Below, piece after piece: positions 34,288 through 47,138 of a stretch of 64,000 nt of DNA. Source of the stretch: Cenococcum geophilum. Its lineage: Eukaryota. The notes under the pieces are model-generated. The model saw only the letters and a list, made by a program, of their open reading frames with translations. It ran no database searches and had not been told where the DNA came from. The stretch covers positions 3,844,001-3,908,000 of the forward strand of contig CP158636.1 in NCBI GenBank assembly GCA_050273025.1, read 5' to 3'. Position 1 is the stretch's first letter. Every line of letters begins with the position of its first letter. The translations under genes and the position numbers were made by a program.

Positions 34288-37107
34288 ATGGTCGACGAGA
34301 AGCACCTCTACGACGTCCACGACCACCTTGCCATCCCGACGTACGAGGAGGCCACCTCGTCCCGCCCCACCTCGCAGCAGTCCCGCCTGGGGCCCGAAGA
34401 AATCAGCGACGATGCCGAGCGGCAGGGCCTGCTGGGCTACGGCAGCAGCAGCAGCAACAGCGGGGCGGGGAGCTCGTCGCGGCGGCGCAATGGCTACTAC
34501 CAGCCGCCGTCGGTGCAGTCGGTGCGGTCGAGCATGGACAGCGACGAGCTGGAGCTGCCCGAGGTGACGGGCGGCGACGAAGACGAAGACGAAGACGGCC
34601 CGGCGCTGCGGCGCGAGATGGAGCAGATGGAGATGCTGGACGCGGAGGCCGCGGACGACGACGCCGCCAGAAGGGCCCGCGTGCGCTCGCGCCTGTCGAA
34701 GCGCCTGTCCAGCCTCACGACCACCCTGTCCAGCTTCCAGTTCCCCCGGCTCAGCTTCTCGCTCCCGCGGCTCGCGTGCGTGACGGCGAGGATCCCGCGC
34801 GTGCCTGACCACTATCGCCCCGGCTGGTCCATCGTTGCGCGGCTGGTTGGCTTGTTCGTTGTCGTGTCGCTGATTTATTTGCTGTTTGTGTCGCAGGTCT
34901 TGCCGGGGGGGAATGGTGGGTTCGGGCAGCCGTTTAATCCGGAGTGGGTGAGGAGCTATGCGCAGGGCGGCGTGGATGTGAATAGGATTGTGGATAGTCT
35001 GAGGCATGTCACGTCGTACGACCATATGGCCGGCTCCGAGGGCAGCCTGTACCTCGCCAAGTGGATTCAGGGGAAGTTCAAGGCGGCGCAGATGGACGCG
35101 GTTTCGCTGGAGTCGTAAGTGGATAAGGCCCTTACCTCGAATTGGGAGGGCTGCGCTGACAAGAGTAGCTATGAGGTCTATCTAAACTACCCCAAGGAAG
35201 GCGGACGCCGTGTTGCCATTGTTGATCCTCCTAGTCTCATTTGGGAGGCAAGGCTGGAAGAGGATGCGGCATATGAGCATCCGACGCCTTCCCAGAAACA
35301 AACTCCTGTGTTTCACGGCCTCTCGAAATCAGGAAATGTGACGGGGCCGCTAATCTACGCGAACTACGGATCCAAGGATGATTTTAAGAGGCTGGCGGAT
35401 AGTCGCGTCGATGTTACTGGAGCAATTGTTCTAGTGCGGTACTATGGCACGCAGAGTGATAGAGCCGTGAAAGTTAAAAATGCAGAAATGGCCGGGGCTG
35501 CAGGATGTCTGATCTATTCCGATCCGCAAGAGGACGGCTTCATCAAGGGAGCACCATGGCCCAATGGAAGATGGATGCCGAGCGATGGCGTTCAGAGAGG
35601 CTCCGTGGCACTTACTAGCTGGATCGCTGGAGATGTCTTAACACCTGGATACCCAAGCACTCCTCAAGCTGACAGGAAAAGCAAGGACAAAAACCCGGCT
35701 CTCGTCAATATTCCTAGTCTTCCCTTGGCCTGGAGAGATGCGCAAAAACTCCTACAAGCTCTGAAAGGACATGGAGAAAAGCTTCCCGAAGAGTGGGTAG
35801 GAGGTGTGCCAGATGTTGCGGAGTGGTGGTCTGGTGACAAGACCTCGCCACTTGTCAATCTGATGAACTTCCAGGACGAGGTAGAGAAGCAAGATATCTA
35901 CAATGCCATTGGAGTCTTCGAAGGCGTAGAAACTACGGCCAAAAAGATCATTGTCGGGAATCATCGTGATTCATGGTGCTTTGGTGCTGCAGATCCAGGA
36001 AGTGGCACTGCTGTTATGCTTGAAGTCGTCAATATTCTAGGACAACTCCGCAGTAATGGCTGGAGACCTCTACGCTCAATCGTATTCGCCTCATGGGATG
36101 CGGAAGAGTACAACTTGATCGGCTCTACCGAGTACGTCGAAGAGCATATGGATGACCTCCGCGACAATGCATTGGCGTATATCAACGTCGATGTTGGTGT
36201 CTCAGGCGACGAGCTCTATGCTGATGGCTCACCGATGTTCAAGCATGCTTGGCTCCGCGTCCTTGACCGTGTTGCTGATCCTGTGAAAAATAAGACTCTC
36301 CGCGCTCTTTGGGACGAAAAGCATAGCCAGCTCGGAGGCTTGGGTGCCGGAAGCGACTATGTTGCCTTCCAAGACATGGCTGGCGCCTCAAGCATCGACT
36401 TCGGTTTCCAAGGTCCTGGGTTTCCCTATCATAGCTGCTATGAAACCTTCGAGTGGATGGCACAATACGGCGATCCGGGATTTGCATATCATACCACTCT
36501 TGCTCAAATATGGATTCTTTTGATCCTCGAACTTGCACAAGAGCCAATCCTACCTTTCAACTTGAAAGACTACGCCGATGCTGTGAAAGGTTATATTGAT
36601 GACCTAGACAAATATGCTCGCGAAAAGGGGGACTCTGATCTTGATGTTCGGCCATTGAGAGAGGCTGCGGATTTGTTGGATAAGAACTCGAGGGAATTCC
36701 AGGGCTGGGAGGATTATTGGTATGGACAGGTATATGGGTCGGGGGGCTTTGAAAGCAATGCATTAGCCGTCCACCGTGTTAGTCATAATGCGCGGATGAG
36801 CAACTTCGAAACGCATCTGCTAGATTTACCGCAGGGGAAAAAAGATAAGGGGCCACACGGCGTAAGTTTTTTTCCCTCTTCAAACAATAGGCTCTTTCCT
36901 GTGCTAACTAGTTGCTATCAGATTCCCGGCCGTGAGCAGTACAAACACATCATCTTCGGTCCTGATGCTTCAGGTTCCGGCTACGATGCAGCTTTCTTCC
37001 CTGCGGTCCGTGACGCTCTTGATGCGCGCGACTGGCCCGGTGCGCAAGCCCAGGTCCAAAAAGCAGCGGGCATTTTAAGCAGGGCTAGCGACAAACTTTT
37101 ACATTAA
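34288..37107 (+). CDS. Glutamate carboxypeptidase II / transferrin-receptor-like M28 peptidase (Tre/Vps70-like), 3 exons (introns 35115-35168 and 36862-36921)
   Basis: N-terminal PTYEEA and a TM segment, PA domain (YANYG, GCLIYSDP), GNHRDSW, AADPGSGTA, SWDAEEY, GSDY, YHSCYETF. Confidence 0.93.
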
Positions 37108-38084
37108 AACTAATAGTTTTGTTCTTCTACGTTGTCAAATACCTCCAAGCCCTTTGCGGGCTGCTTTTTTTTGGCTCTGGCGTTTGGCGCTGAACTTCCA
37201 CCTGGGGATTGGGTTGGAAGGGGGCTTTTTGAACAGCATTAACTGGACAGGACAGGACTTGGTCGTTTCTTTTGTACGTATAGCGATTGTCCGATGAGCG
37301 CATACTGTGATATATAAAACAATCTTTTTTACTCATTTCTTAACATGTCGCTGTTTCTTGCGCTCCAGCTGGTGTAGAAGCTCTGGGAAAAGAACAATTT
37401 TCAAATTAAAGGTGCATCTCGATCCATACAACTAGGCCACTGCTGACCATTCTGCGTAAGATGTCTTAAACTGAGACACGCGAGGTGTTTACGCGTCTTC
37501 TAGCTTGCTCAGCTCTGCAGAAATGGACAACGATGCAGGTATAAGAATTGGAATTGATTGGGAACCCGATGCTACTGATCTACATAGAACTATCGGTTCG
37601 TCTGATTGCGGAAAAGGGCGGATGCTCACCGCCACATAATGCTCACTTCAACTTTTCAGGTTACAAGACACCTTTGCATTATCATCCCTCACATCCTCGT
37701 GAATTCCTGGACCCGTGTGACAACAATAAGCAAGATGCATGGCACTTATTCAGGTTTGATACGCGTGGCTCTTAGGCCCTACCTACTCTAAGCAGATGGG
37801 GTAAACTGAGCACTAAACTTGGCATTGCAAATATTCATGAACAGCTGACATCTTAAGATGGTGGGACTGTCGTAGGCATTTCATTTTGTCGAATATACTA
37901 TTGGTCTATTGCTTCGTATTCGCGTGAGGCTGTGCGCAAGGTTGTATCACCGTGCTGAAAATAATGACATATCCGCGGCCGAATTCGCTTTATTTAAGTC
38001 CTATTACCGACTAAATCTCATTCTTTTAGCGTTCGATTTAGCGTTGCGACTCAATTGAACCTGGAAAGATTTAGCACGATCGAT

Positions 38085-39367
38085 ATGGCAAGCTTCGACT
38101 CAATCGTGGAAGAAGCCACTACTAGAGGCTCCAAAGGCATTCCCGGCGTTGTCCTCGCTGCCATCGACAGAAATGGTAATCCAATACTCTCCACCAACCT
38201 CAGATCCCGAGCTCATACTTCACAGGCAACTCACTCTACACCAAATCCTCCGGGCACACATCACTCGACCCCTCCGCCCCTACCATCAGCCCCAGCAACA
38301 TCTTCCGCCTCGCCTCATGCACCAAACTCGTCACCTCAATTGCCGCACTCCAATGCGTCTCACGCGGCATCCTCTCCCTCGACGACCCCTCTCTCATAAC
38401 CAAGCACCTCCCCGAACTCGCCTCGCAGCCCATAATCACGCTCAATACCGGCCCAGATGCCTCCAGCACGCCCTTCCACTACACCCAACCCCGCAACGGC
38501 ATCACGCTGCGCATGCTGCTCACGCACAGCAGCGGCGTCGGCTACGACCTCGAGGGCCGCCTAAAAGCCTGGCGCCAGGCGCGCGGCGAGCCCTCCCTCG
38601 CCGTCTCCGGCCGCGTCCTCGCCGCCTTCAGCACCCCGCTGCTGTTCGAGCCCGGCGAGGGCATGGCGTACGGCGGCGGGCTCGACTGGGCGGGCATCCT
38701 GATATCCCGCGCCACGGGACGGAGCCTCGGCGCGTACATGCAGCAGCACATCTTCGCGCCGCTGGACATGCGCCGCACCACCTTCCGCCCCGCGGAGCGC
38801 GCGGACGTCAGCGGTGCGCTGGTGCAGGTGGTGGCGCGCGCGCCGGACGGCTCGCTGGTGCCGTTTGCGGCGAATGATGAGGCGGCGGAGGAGGGCGGCG
38901 GCGGCGGGCTGTATGCGAGCGTCGAGGACTATATGGCGCTGCTGGCGGACTTGCTGCGGGAGGAGCCGCGGGTGCTGGGGCGCGAGATGGTGGGGCTGCT
39001 GTTCGCGACGCAGTTTGCCGAGGGGAGTGCTGCGCTCGGGGGGCTGAAGGCGTGCAGGAATGTGTATGAGACGATGACTGGGGCGTTGACGAGGGGGTTG
39101 AGGGTGAATCATGGGCTGGGGGGTGTGCTGGTGGTGGAAGATGCGATGGGTTTGGGAAGGACGAATGGGACGCTAACGTGGGGTGGAAGTTTTGGGCTGA
39201 TGTGGTTTGTGAACAGGGAGAGGGGAGTGGCGGCCATGTATGCGAGCCAGGTGTTCCCACCGGGTGATGGGAGGAATGGGGAGTTGATGAGGGGATTTGT
39301 TAAGGAGGTTTGGAGCATCCTGGCCGAGCGGGAGGGAGGTGAGAATGTGGGTATATGGTATAGGTAG
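38085..39367 (+). CDS. Beta-lactamase-fold serine hydrolase/transesterase (LovD-like family), 2 exons (intron 38176-38225)
   Basis: SxxK (ASCTKL), LLTHSSG, PLLFEPG...YG, GGGGLY, WGG. Confidence 0.9.
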
Positions 39368-39649
39368 ATACCCTTTCTCGTCCGTGTGTTGTTTTGAGGT
39401 CGTAAAAGGGGCCTTCACCACCAAACTATACCCTAACCGAGGAGCGGTATTTTCTAAAAAGGGGGTGTGTATGAAGAATAAAACATAAGCTTCATTATTA
39501 TCGTGAAAAACCCCCTCACTGAGATATATAATAACCATGACCAATTGACCAATTACAAAGTCAAGTGGATAGTGTCACGTGTATTGGTTGTCTCCACCTG
39601 GAAATTCTACGCCACAAATCTACAGTTTCATCAGGTGGTACTCGACCTG

Positions 39650-40450
39650 GGAAATGGAGTCTTTAGTCCTTTTGCTCAAGCAAAGTGCCCCGCACTTGAA
39701 GCCGAATTCTCCGATCTACCATCCGAGTTAATCATTGAGATCTTTTTTCGAATAGAAAGAAAGCGGGACTTGTTAAATGTCTCTCTGACGTGCAAAGCGC
39801 TTTCTGAGCTCGCAGAGCCTATCATCCACCCACAATATAAGAATACACATGCATATTCCGATGCCGCCCTCTTTAGGTCGTTTCTACGCCGGACCTTGTT
39901 GCACATGTCAAATTGATAGAACTGCGACCATAGACGATAAATAAGTCCCAGATTCGTTTTCTACCTGAGCAATTGCCAAAGGATGAACTTAACTACCGTA
40001 TTTCTTATCGCGAAGCAAGCTCTCCTTATTCAAGGCATCACTCCTCCCGCTACGTTAAATTTTCCGGATAGCGATGACGAGTGGGATGGCGATTTGGAAG
40101 GAATGGCATTCGATGAACGATTTTGCACTATGCTAGATCTAGTGCGACAATGGGCACGCTATCCGGCTTTCTCAAGAAATGCCGCAAGAAACTTCGATCG
40201 CGCAAGAAGCAAGAAGTACTCGAAGTTGGCGCTACTGAGGATGGCACTGCTAAGGAGAGCACTGCTGAGGAAAACAAAAGACACAAGGCGAATTAGGCAC
40301 CAGCTGCAGCTGAGAAGACCGTGGTGCTGAGAGATCCGCTTAGACCTTATACGGTTACGCAGGCTGAAAGAGAGCGCTACCAGGGGCTGGTGCTGGGGAT
40401 GACGGAGAAGCAGATCGCAAGGGCGAATGCGAGACGGCCGGAATCTGCAA
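39650..40450 (+). pseudogene. Degenerate F-box-containing gene remnant
   Basis: FSDLPSELIIEIFFRI...DLLNVSLTCKALSELAEPII at ~39707-39830; stop at 39916, fragmented downstream frames, no clear start. Confidence 0.5.
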
Positions 40451-41340
40451 AGTCGAAATTATTATGAATGGACGTTTGCATGATGCCGATATATGTGACA
40501 TCAAATGGTGAGAGTGAGCCCAAAGCACATCTCAGATACTACTTTATTCTTCCTATTAGACTTACCCTGGAAAGTCAACGCAGGTCTTCGGCACATCCCG
40601 GTTGCAGCGATTCACTCTCTTTGAAAACACCAGTTGGCCGTCAGGTCTCGAAACCAATGCTCTGTTCCTAGACACAACAGCTCTACCAAAGTTCTCAAAT
40701 CGTCGTAGCACCTCCAGTCAGCACAGCGTTCCATTGCTGTAATTCGACGATAAAATGCTTCCTATTTCTCAGCGTGGAACTCTTGACTCTTGAACAGGCC
40801 TTGGGATCACCAGATCAAATCCTTTGAGATGAAGACACAAGTCAATGCATTCAGCTTCACAAACGTAGCAATACCCTTAAGGGCACTTTCTCTTGGTACA
40901 TATATCAGCCAATGACCAACCTTGGCACTACCCATCCTCTGGAACTCCACTCAGGTCCTCCAAAAGCCAGACAAGGCATAGCCGGATGGTTGCCAGGCTG
41001 GGGATAGGTGTGGATCGGTAGTCCGTGCACCGATTGTAAGAAAAGAATGAGGACTCTGTCTATTCAAACTACGAAGAAAAGAAGCTATTTATACATGAGG
41101 TAGGTCCAGGCAACTGAGTTAAATTCCATAGACAACTGAGACAAAATAGGTAATAGAAAACGGGTGGTGAGACCTAGGGTACTAGGCATCAAAGACAGTA
41201 GTAAGACGGTGGTAAGAAAACCCGATCTGGATCGACAATAGGCTAGCGAACAGGACTGAGAGCGTCATACATGATTGATGTGAAAGGGGTTATGGTATTG
41301 ACAAACGAATCTCTTAAGATATGGATCGTTAGACTAGCAA

Positions 41341-42756
41341 CTATCCTGTTGTAATGACAGACTCTTCTTTCTGCAGAATATTCGGCACAGGGCCAACTGG
41401 AATAATTCCCTATTTTAATATTTAGCATTCCTACAGGTGGAGTAATCACGTCTTTACGCACTGTTGGATTAATGAAATTTATACTAGCAAAATAATGAGA
41501 CTTTATGTGCTCAAAATTCGTCGTTTCGTGAAATGCTGGCAAGTCCCAGTAGAGGTGACGGAGCCACTTGTGAATTGTGGGATACCCAGATCTGATGTCT
41601 CTGATATTTGTCTTGAATAGCTATTACTCAATCAGTATATTTTTAGGTAATTGAAAGTAGTATGACCTACTGAAACATAAACCGGGTCAAACCTCACGAT
41701 TGTAGGAAACAGACGGAGGTCTGCCTCCGTAAATCGATTTCCAAACAGATATGGCCCTTCTGAATCCTTCAGGATCCGCTCCACACGATCGAGAGATCGG
41801 AAAAGCTTGTTTACGTTCTTTTCGTATGCTTCTTGCGTACTGTATGGATGTATTAGCACCTCACTTTTCCTGAATATATGCAACCAAACTTACGTTGCTA
41901 CACCGCATTTGCTAGGGTCCTAAATATTAGCCGCTGACTTCGCCATAAAAGCCTAATAATAACTTACTAGACTCCATTGTTTATATCGTCCTTCGGGAGA
42001 CAGAAATAAGTATCAGTGCAGTCTACAATATAGCGGTTCGTCTTACATAAACCCATTGATTAAGTTTGTCTATAGCAGGAGCCAGATCTTCCGGCACCAG
42101 TTTAATCGACTTATGATCCTCATCCAATAGTACATCAAATTCTGTGGCAAACATGCGAATAATCTCGCTCGATTCGTTGCTTACGATCGTGTTAGTCTTG
42201 ATGTCCCAAAGAACAGGGACCGAGAAGCGACCCTGGTAACTATCCCGAGCTCGCAAGTATAGATCGTGGATAGCTTCAGCACCATTAATAGGGTCGGGAA
42301 TAGTATTGATCCCGTTGAGCTTCTCGTCCGGAGTTGCGAACCGCCAACCTATGCCAATAGGTTAGAAATGCCGAACCAAATCCAGAGAATTGTATCCAGT
42401 TTCAATCAGACAAACCTTTTCCACCCAATTCCATATGCCAGTGTACAGACGTGAAACCCACAATATCTTGCAGTCCCTTTAAATGCCATGCAATAAGCGT
42501 TCTATGAGCTAGAACTACATTAGTTCTGCCTAGTTTATCTAAAGGTTGGAGAAGTCGAACCCCAGGGACAAGCGTAGGATACATATAGATGATAGCGTCC
42601 TTTTTCTGGCGGGAACTCTGACCCAGGCTTGGAGGAAATGAAGCCACGAAACTGAGTGTCCGGCCTCTTGAATTCTCCTGTCCTGGAATCTATGACATCC
42701 TTCACAGCTTCAAGAGAATTTGGTACAGAGGGAGAAGTAGATGTTGAGGTCGGCAT
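41341..42756 (-). CDS. Omega-like glutathione S-transferase / glutathionyl-hydroquinone reductase (Ecm4/Gto family), 8 exons
   Basis: [83 protein letters not shown]. Confidence 0.93.
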
Positions 42757-43210
42757 ATTTATTTAGGGCTGAATGTGTTTTATGCAAATAGAAATAGCCT
42801 AGGATTTTAGAGCTGCATGGAAGGACGAGATAGATATAGTCGTCATCAAATTGACTACTATTCTCATTTCAAGAATGATTACCAAGAATATAATGGACTT
42901 GACGTGGCATAATAATCATCCTCTACATTATTTGCCGTGACCAAATATATTTAACGAATGAGCGCCTTAGGGTTATGTAACAAGGCAGGATTTTCACCAA
43001 CCAAGAGTCGTTTTTATTCGGGTAACTTGGGTTCCGAGATATTTCAAGCTCCAGTTCTGATAAATCAACTCGGGCGGCGAGCTTAATAATGTCAACTTAG
43101 AGTAATTTTAGCCGCTGATTACTCAAGTACGACGGGATTGGGTAAACTGAAGTGCATAGATGGCTGCAAAAGCAACTGGACAGCGCTTCTAGTTCTAAGT
43201 CAACAATAAT

Positions 43211-43710
43211 CATACACCCCCTAAATGATACGCGTACACCCCCCAATTGATATGCATACACCCCCTACCCAACCAAATTTAAATCCTTCCACTTCAAGTT
43301 AGAATATCACGTGTGTTTGACTTGTTTACACCCAAATCGTGAAAACAACACCACGCGCCCACACTTGAATTAACACTTCGCATTTGCCCCCAAGAGCTTG
43401 CAATTGTAAAGCGTCGTCGCGGTCGCCCAGGTGGCTCTACGAACCGCATTAATAACCCTACTCAGCGGGAGCTCTCAGCATTCGAGCAAAACACTGGCTG
43501 CACTACCCAGCGCGGGCCGGGCGCAGTCGTGGGCGTGCCGTAGGGGCAATCTACACGTCAAGTAGAGGCAGCAGCACCGATCTGGTTCTTATAGCGCCTC
43601 GCAGAGCACTCCGTAGTCCTACCCCCACCAGTGTACTTAGGACGATCTTGAATGTATTACAGGTGTTGTATTTTAACACTTTAATTTTCATGATTTGGGG
43701 TGTTCGCGCA
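43211..43710 (+). mobile_element. Probable Mutator (MULE)-derived remnant
   Basis: Three TACACCCCC terminal repeats; inverted match ACACCCAAATCGTGAAAA (~43327) / TTTTCATGATTTGGGGTGT (~43685); short KRRRGRPGGSTN..SAFE segment resembling fungal MULE transposase tails. Confidence 0.45.
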
Positions 43711-44000
43711 CGGTCCAACTATCGTAGGACTTCACCGTTGGAAGGGATAGACACATGAAATCACGTGTATAGGCAGTTAAGCCCGGTAAAGACGTGGACA
43801 GGAGAAGGTGCACGGGCCTGAGAGGTTGGTGATTTTCGCATTTCATTCCTTGCATCCAGCATGTCATTCAACACAATCAGTGGGAATATCTCCGCAAATG
43901 CACACCTACACGAGTATTGCTACACCCGACCATAAGGGCTCTATCTGTTGGAAATCAATTATTACCACAGTCACGTGATGATTATATAATCATACCAGTA

Positions 44001-44243
44001 CGGAGGACGGAGCAAAAAGAGATTTCCACTTCCTTTTTGGGACTAGTGGCAAACCCCCATAAGGTCGCTAAAGTTATGGGGGCTCTGTCGCCTGAGTAAC
44101 GAGGTTTCAGGCAGTCTATGCCCCTAGACCCGCCAAAGGCCCCCAAAGAGGCCCAAAACCTCAGCAACCTTATGGGCACCTTATGGGGAGAAAACCGCTA
44201 GTCCCAAAAAGGAAGGGGAAATCTCTTTCTGCTCCGTCCTCCG
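44001..44243. mobile_element. MITE-A (Tc1/mariner-type), 243 bp
   Basis: ~48-bp TIR CGGAGGACGGAGCAAAAAGAGATTTCC...; TA on both sides. Confidence 0.9.
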
Positions 44244-44458
44244 TATAACGTGTTCTACCAGTTAGTGGGACACCCTAGTTAGTGGGACACCTCACCAACA
44301 CCAACACACGTTTTTGTACAATTACTTAACTATAATAAAATTAATTCGATTGAAATCTAGTCTATAGACTCTCTAATTTATAGTATATTGACGCCTATTA
44401 TGGCCTTATATATAGTATTTTAAATACATTAGTAGTGCTTACTATTACACTTAGCTAG

Positions 44459-46135
44459 TGTGACGGCTCGAACCATCGAACAAATGTCTCGACAGAGACT
44501 TGAACGAATGCTTGCAAGATCAAGCGAACGAATGCTGTATTACGAAGATATTAAGCTAAGGAGCAAGAGAAGGTGGTAAGGCCACGTCTATATACACACG
44601 CCAAGTCTTAAGCGAACCCCTAACTAGGTGACGCGCTCCAGCGCCGTCACATCACCCCCCCCCTTTGAAAAAGCCTGCCCTCAGGCGTTATTCTCCAGTA
44701 CTTGCCTACCTTGTATACAGTTGTAGTTATTGCTGTAGGTAGGGCAGCAGTAGTTGATGAGATGCTGCAGGCAGAGCAGCGAGGGTCAGTTGGAATGCTG
44801 CAGGCAAGAGTAGCAGAGGTCTGTTGTAGTACTGCAGGCAGGAGCAGTAGTGGTCGAATTAAGGTTAAGCTGTAGGCAGAGCAGCAGAAGTTGATAGTGG
44901 TACTACAGGCAGAGCAGCAATTGTCAAATTGGATTAACTGCAAGCGTAGCGGCAGATGTCTGTTCGGGTAGTAGTACGGTACTAGCGGCGATAACGATAG
45001 TGGCCGAGCACAGAGCTCGTCTATCGGTTGTCTTGTGATAGCAGGTCGAACGTAGAGCTCGGGCTATCGATTGGTTGAGTGATCGTAGGCGTAGAGGCAC
45101 GATCGTTTATCTGGTTTGTAGCAGTACGATGCAAGCGTAAGTTGTGGATCGCAGGCGTATCGGCACGATCGTACGGTCGGTGGGACTGTAGGCGTACCGG
45201 CACAGTTGTGGTCAGGTCGTAGTAGCAGGCGTATTGGCGCTACTATTGTCTAGTATATAGATCGTATGCATATCGGCACGATCGGTAGTTAATAGCAGAG
45301 TGATGCCAGCGTTGGTAGTCCTAGCTAATTTCGTTCCTTAAAGCTCGTATAGCTCAGTATTAGTCGGGGTTGTTCCTCACAGACAGTGGCTGAGTATTAG
45401 TTGACTTCTACGTAGCCTAACAGTTTGAACAAATGCCTAAGAAGGCTTAAACGCAGCCAATGACTTAGTATTAATTAACGTCGTTCTCGCAGATAGTATC
45501 TTAGTATCAGCCGATGTCGTTCCTCGCAGCATACGTAGCTTAGTGTCTGTCAAAAAGGACTATTTAGGTAGCAGTACGGTGCAAGCGTCCGTAGACGTAC
45601 GGTCGTTCGGTTGGTCGGTCGATCGTCGACAGATATACGCGTTAGACGCGTCGTCGTCGTTCGGTCGATAGGTCGGTCGGTAGGCACACGCGTTCGGTTG
45701 ACGGATATACGCGTTGCTTGGTCGGTCGACGAGCTCGTACGGTCAAAAAGAGGTTACTGCCCGGCACGTGCTTCCCCATAGCATAGGCGGCCGTTAGGTA
45801 GAAAGAATCGAAATAAAAACAAAAAAGAAACATAAGGGTGCCTGCACGGTATAGGGACTAAGCTTCTCGCAACCTAGCTACTGGACTTCGTGACCTGAGA
45901 CATAATACCGCAGCCTGCATATAACTGGGGAGCTTAATATAATGTAACGGCTCGAACCATTGAACAAATGTCTCGACAGAGACTTGAACGAATGCTTGCA
46001 AGATTAAGCGAACGAATGCTGTATTATGAAGATATTAAGCTAAGGAGCAAGAGAAGGTGGTGAGGCCACGTCTATATACACACGCCAAGTCTTAAGCGAA
46101 CCCCTGACTAGGTGACGCGCTCCAGCGCCGTCACA
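44459..46135 (-). mobile_element. Non-autonomous LTR element (TRIM/LARD-like), 1677 bp
   Basis: 193-bp TG..CA LTRs 44459-44651 and 45943-46135; TSD GCTAG; polypurine tract on the minus strand at 44652-44667; no recognisable gag/pol inside. Confidence 0.9.
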
Positions 46136-47138
46136 GCTAGTATAGTTCTAATTAGCCTCCTACTTAACACTTTCTAAGCTTTAAACTAGAAGCTAGCCTT
46201 ACTTAGCCTATAGAACACCTCCTTGCGCAATATACCTTTAGCGTTACTACTACTTCTACTTTTAACGTTAATTTGCTATATAAAGCTCTAAATTCTCCTT
46301 TATAAATATAACTGCTAAATATATAGCTATCTAGCATTCTTTAACGAGTTAATTAACTACTTAACTAGTAGGGCTCTATAACTAACGCTAAAGGAGGTCT
46401 TATATAAGCCTTACCTATTACTTTAGTTAAGTAGTAGTATAGGGCGTTTCTAATGTCTATAAAGGTGCTGCTCCGTAGCTATACCTAGCGAGGAAGGCGT
46501 CTTAGTAACTATAAGCGATAATAGGACGCGCTTAGGATTGTACGGTACTAGGCCTATAGCAAAAAATTTACTTTTAATATTCTAATCTATAAAGATGGAT
46601 AGCCGTACCTTTATATATATTGTGAGGAAGTCTTCTTTATTAATATAGTAGATTCCTTAACGGGTAAGTTTTTAAACCTCCTGCCCGTATAAGCGCTTTA
46701 GAGGGAAGAAGTAGCCTATATTAAGTAGTTAGAGAAGATATAATATATACGTAAGTATATAGAGCGTAATAATCTTATTTACTATATAATACTAATTAAA
46801 TTCTAGTGTTATATAGCTATTATGGCCGTTAAGGATAAGTAAATAGTAGGCTCCCTTTATATAAGACTCTATATATATATTAAAGTGCTTAATCTATTTA
46901 TACCCTAGCTTATCTATTATTTAGCTATTATTACTAACGGCGAGTACCTAGTTAGGAGGTAGGCCCTAATACTAGCCTAACTAGTAGACCTTTCCTATAA
47001 GGATAATAAAGGGCAGAATCGTCTAGCTAAAAGTATTAACTCCTTTAATTACTATTACTTATTTATAATTACCTAGTTATATAATAACTACTTAGCTAAT
47101 AGTATTAGAGCTTATAACTACTTTTAATATTATAGCTA

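Noticed and set aside
26451..39260. Long antisense/alternate-frame ORFs (e.g. 26509-27489, 33060-33746, 34189-35025, 38561-39112)
   Set aside because: Shadow ORFs caused by stop-poor GC-rich skew islands within real genes; low-complexity translations.
38085..39367. Bacterial horizontal transfer or antibiotic-resistance beta-lactamase
   Set aside because: It has a spliceosomal intron and fungal LovD-like family motifs; the high GC matches the local skew islands.
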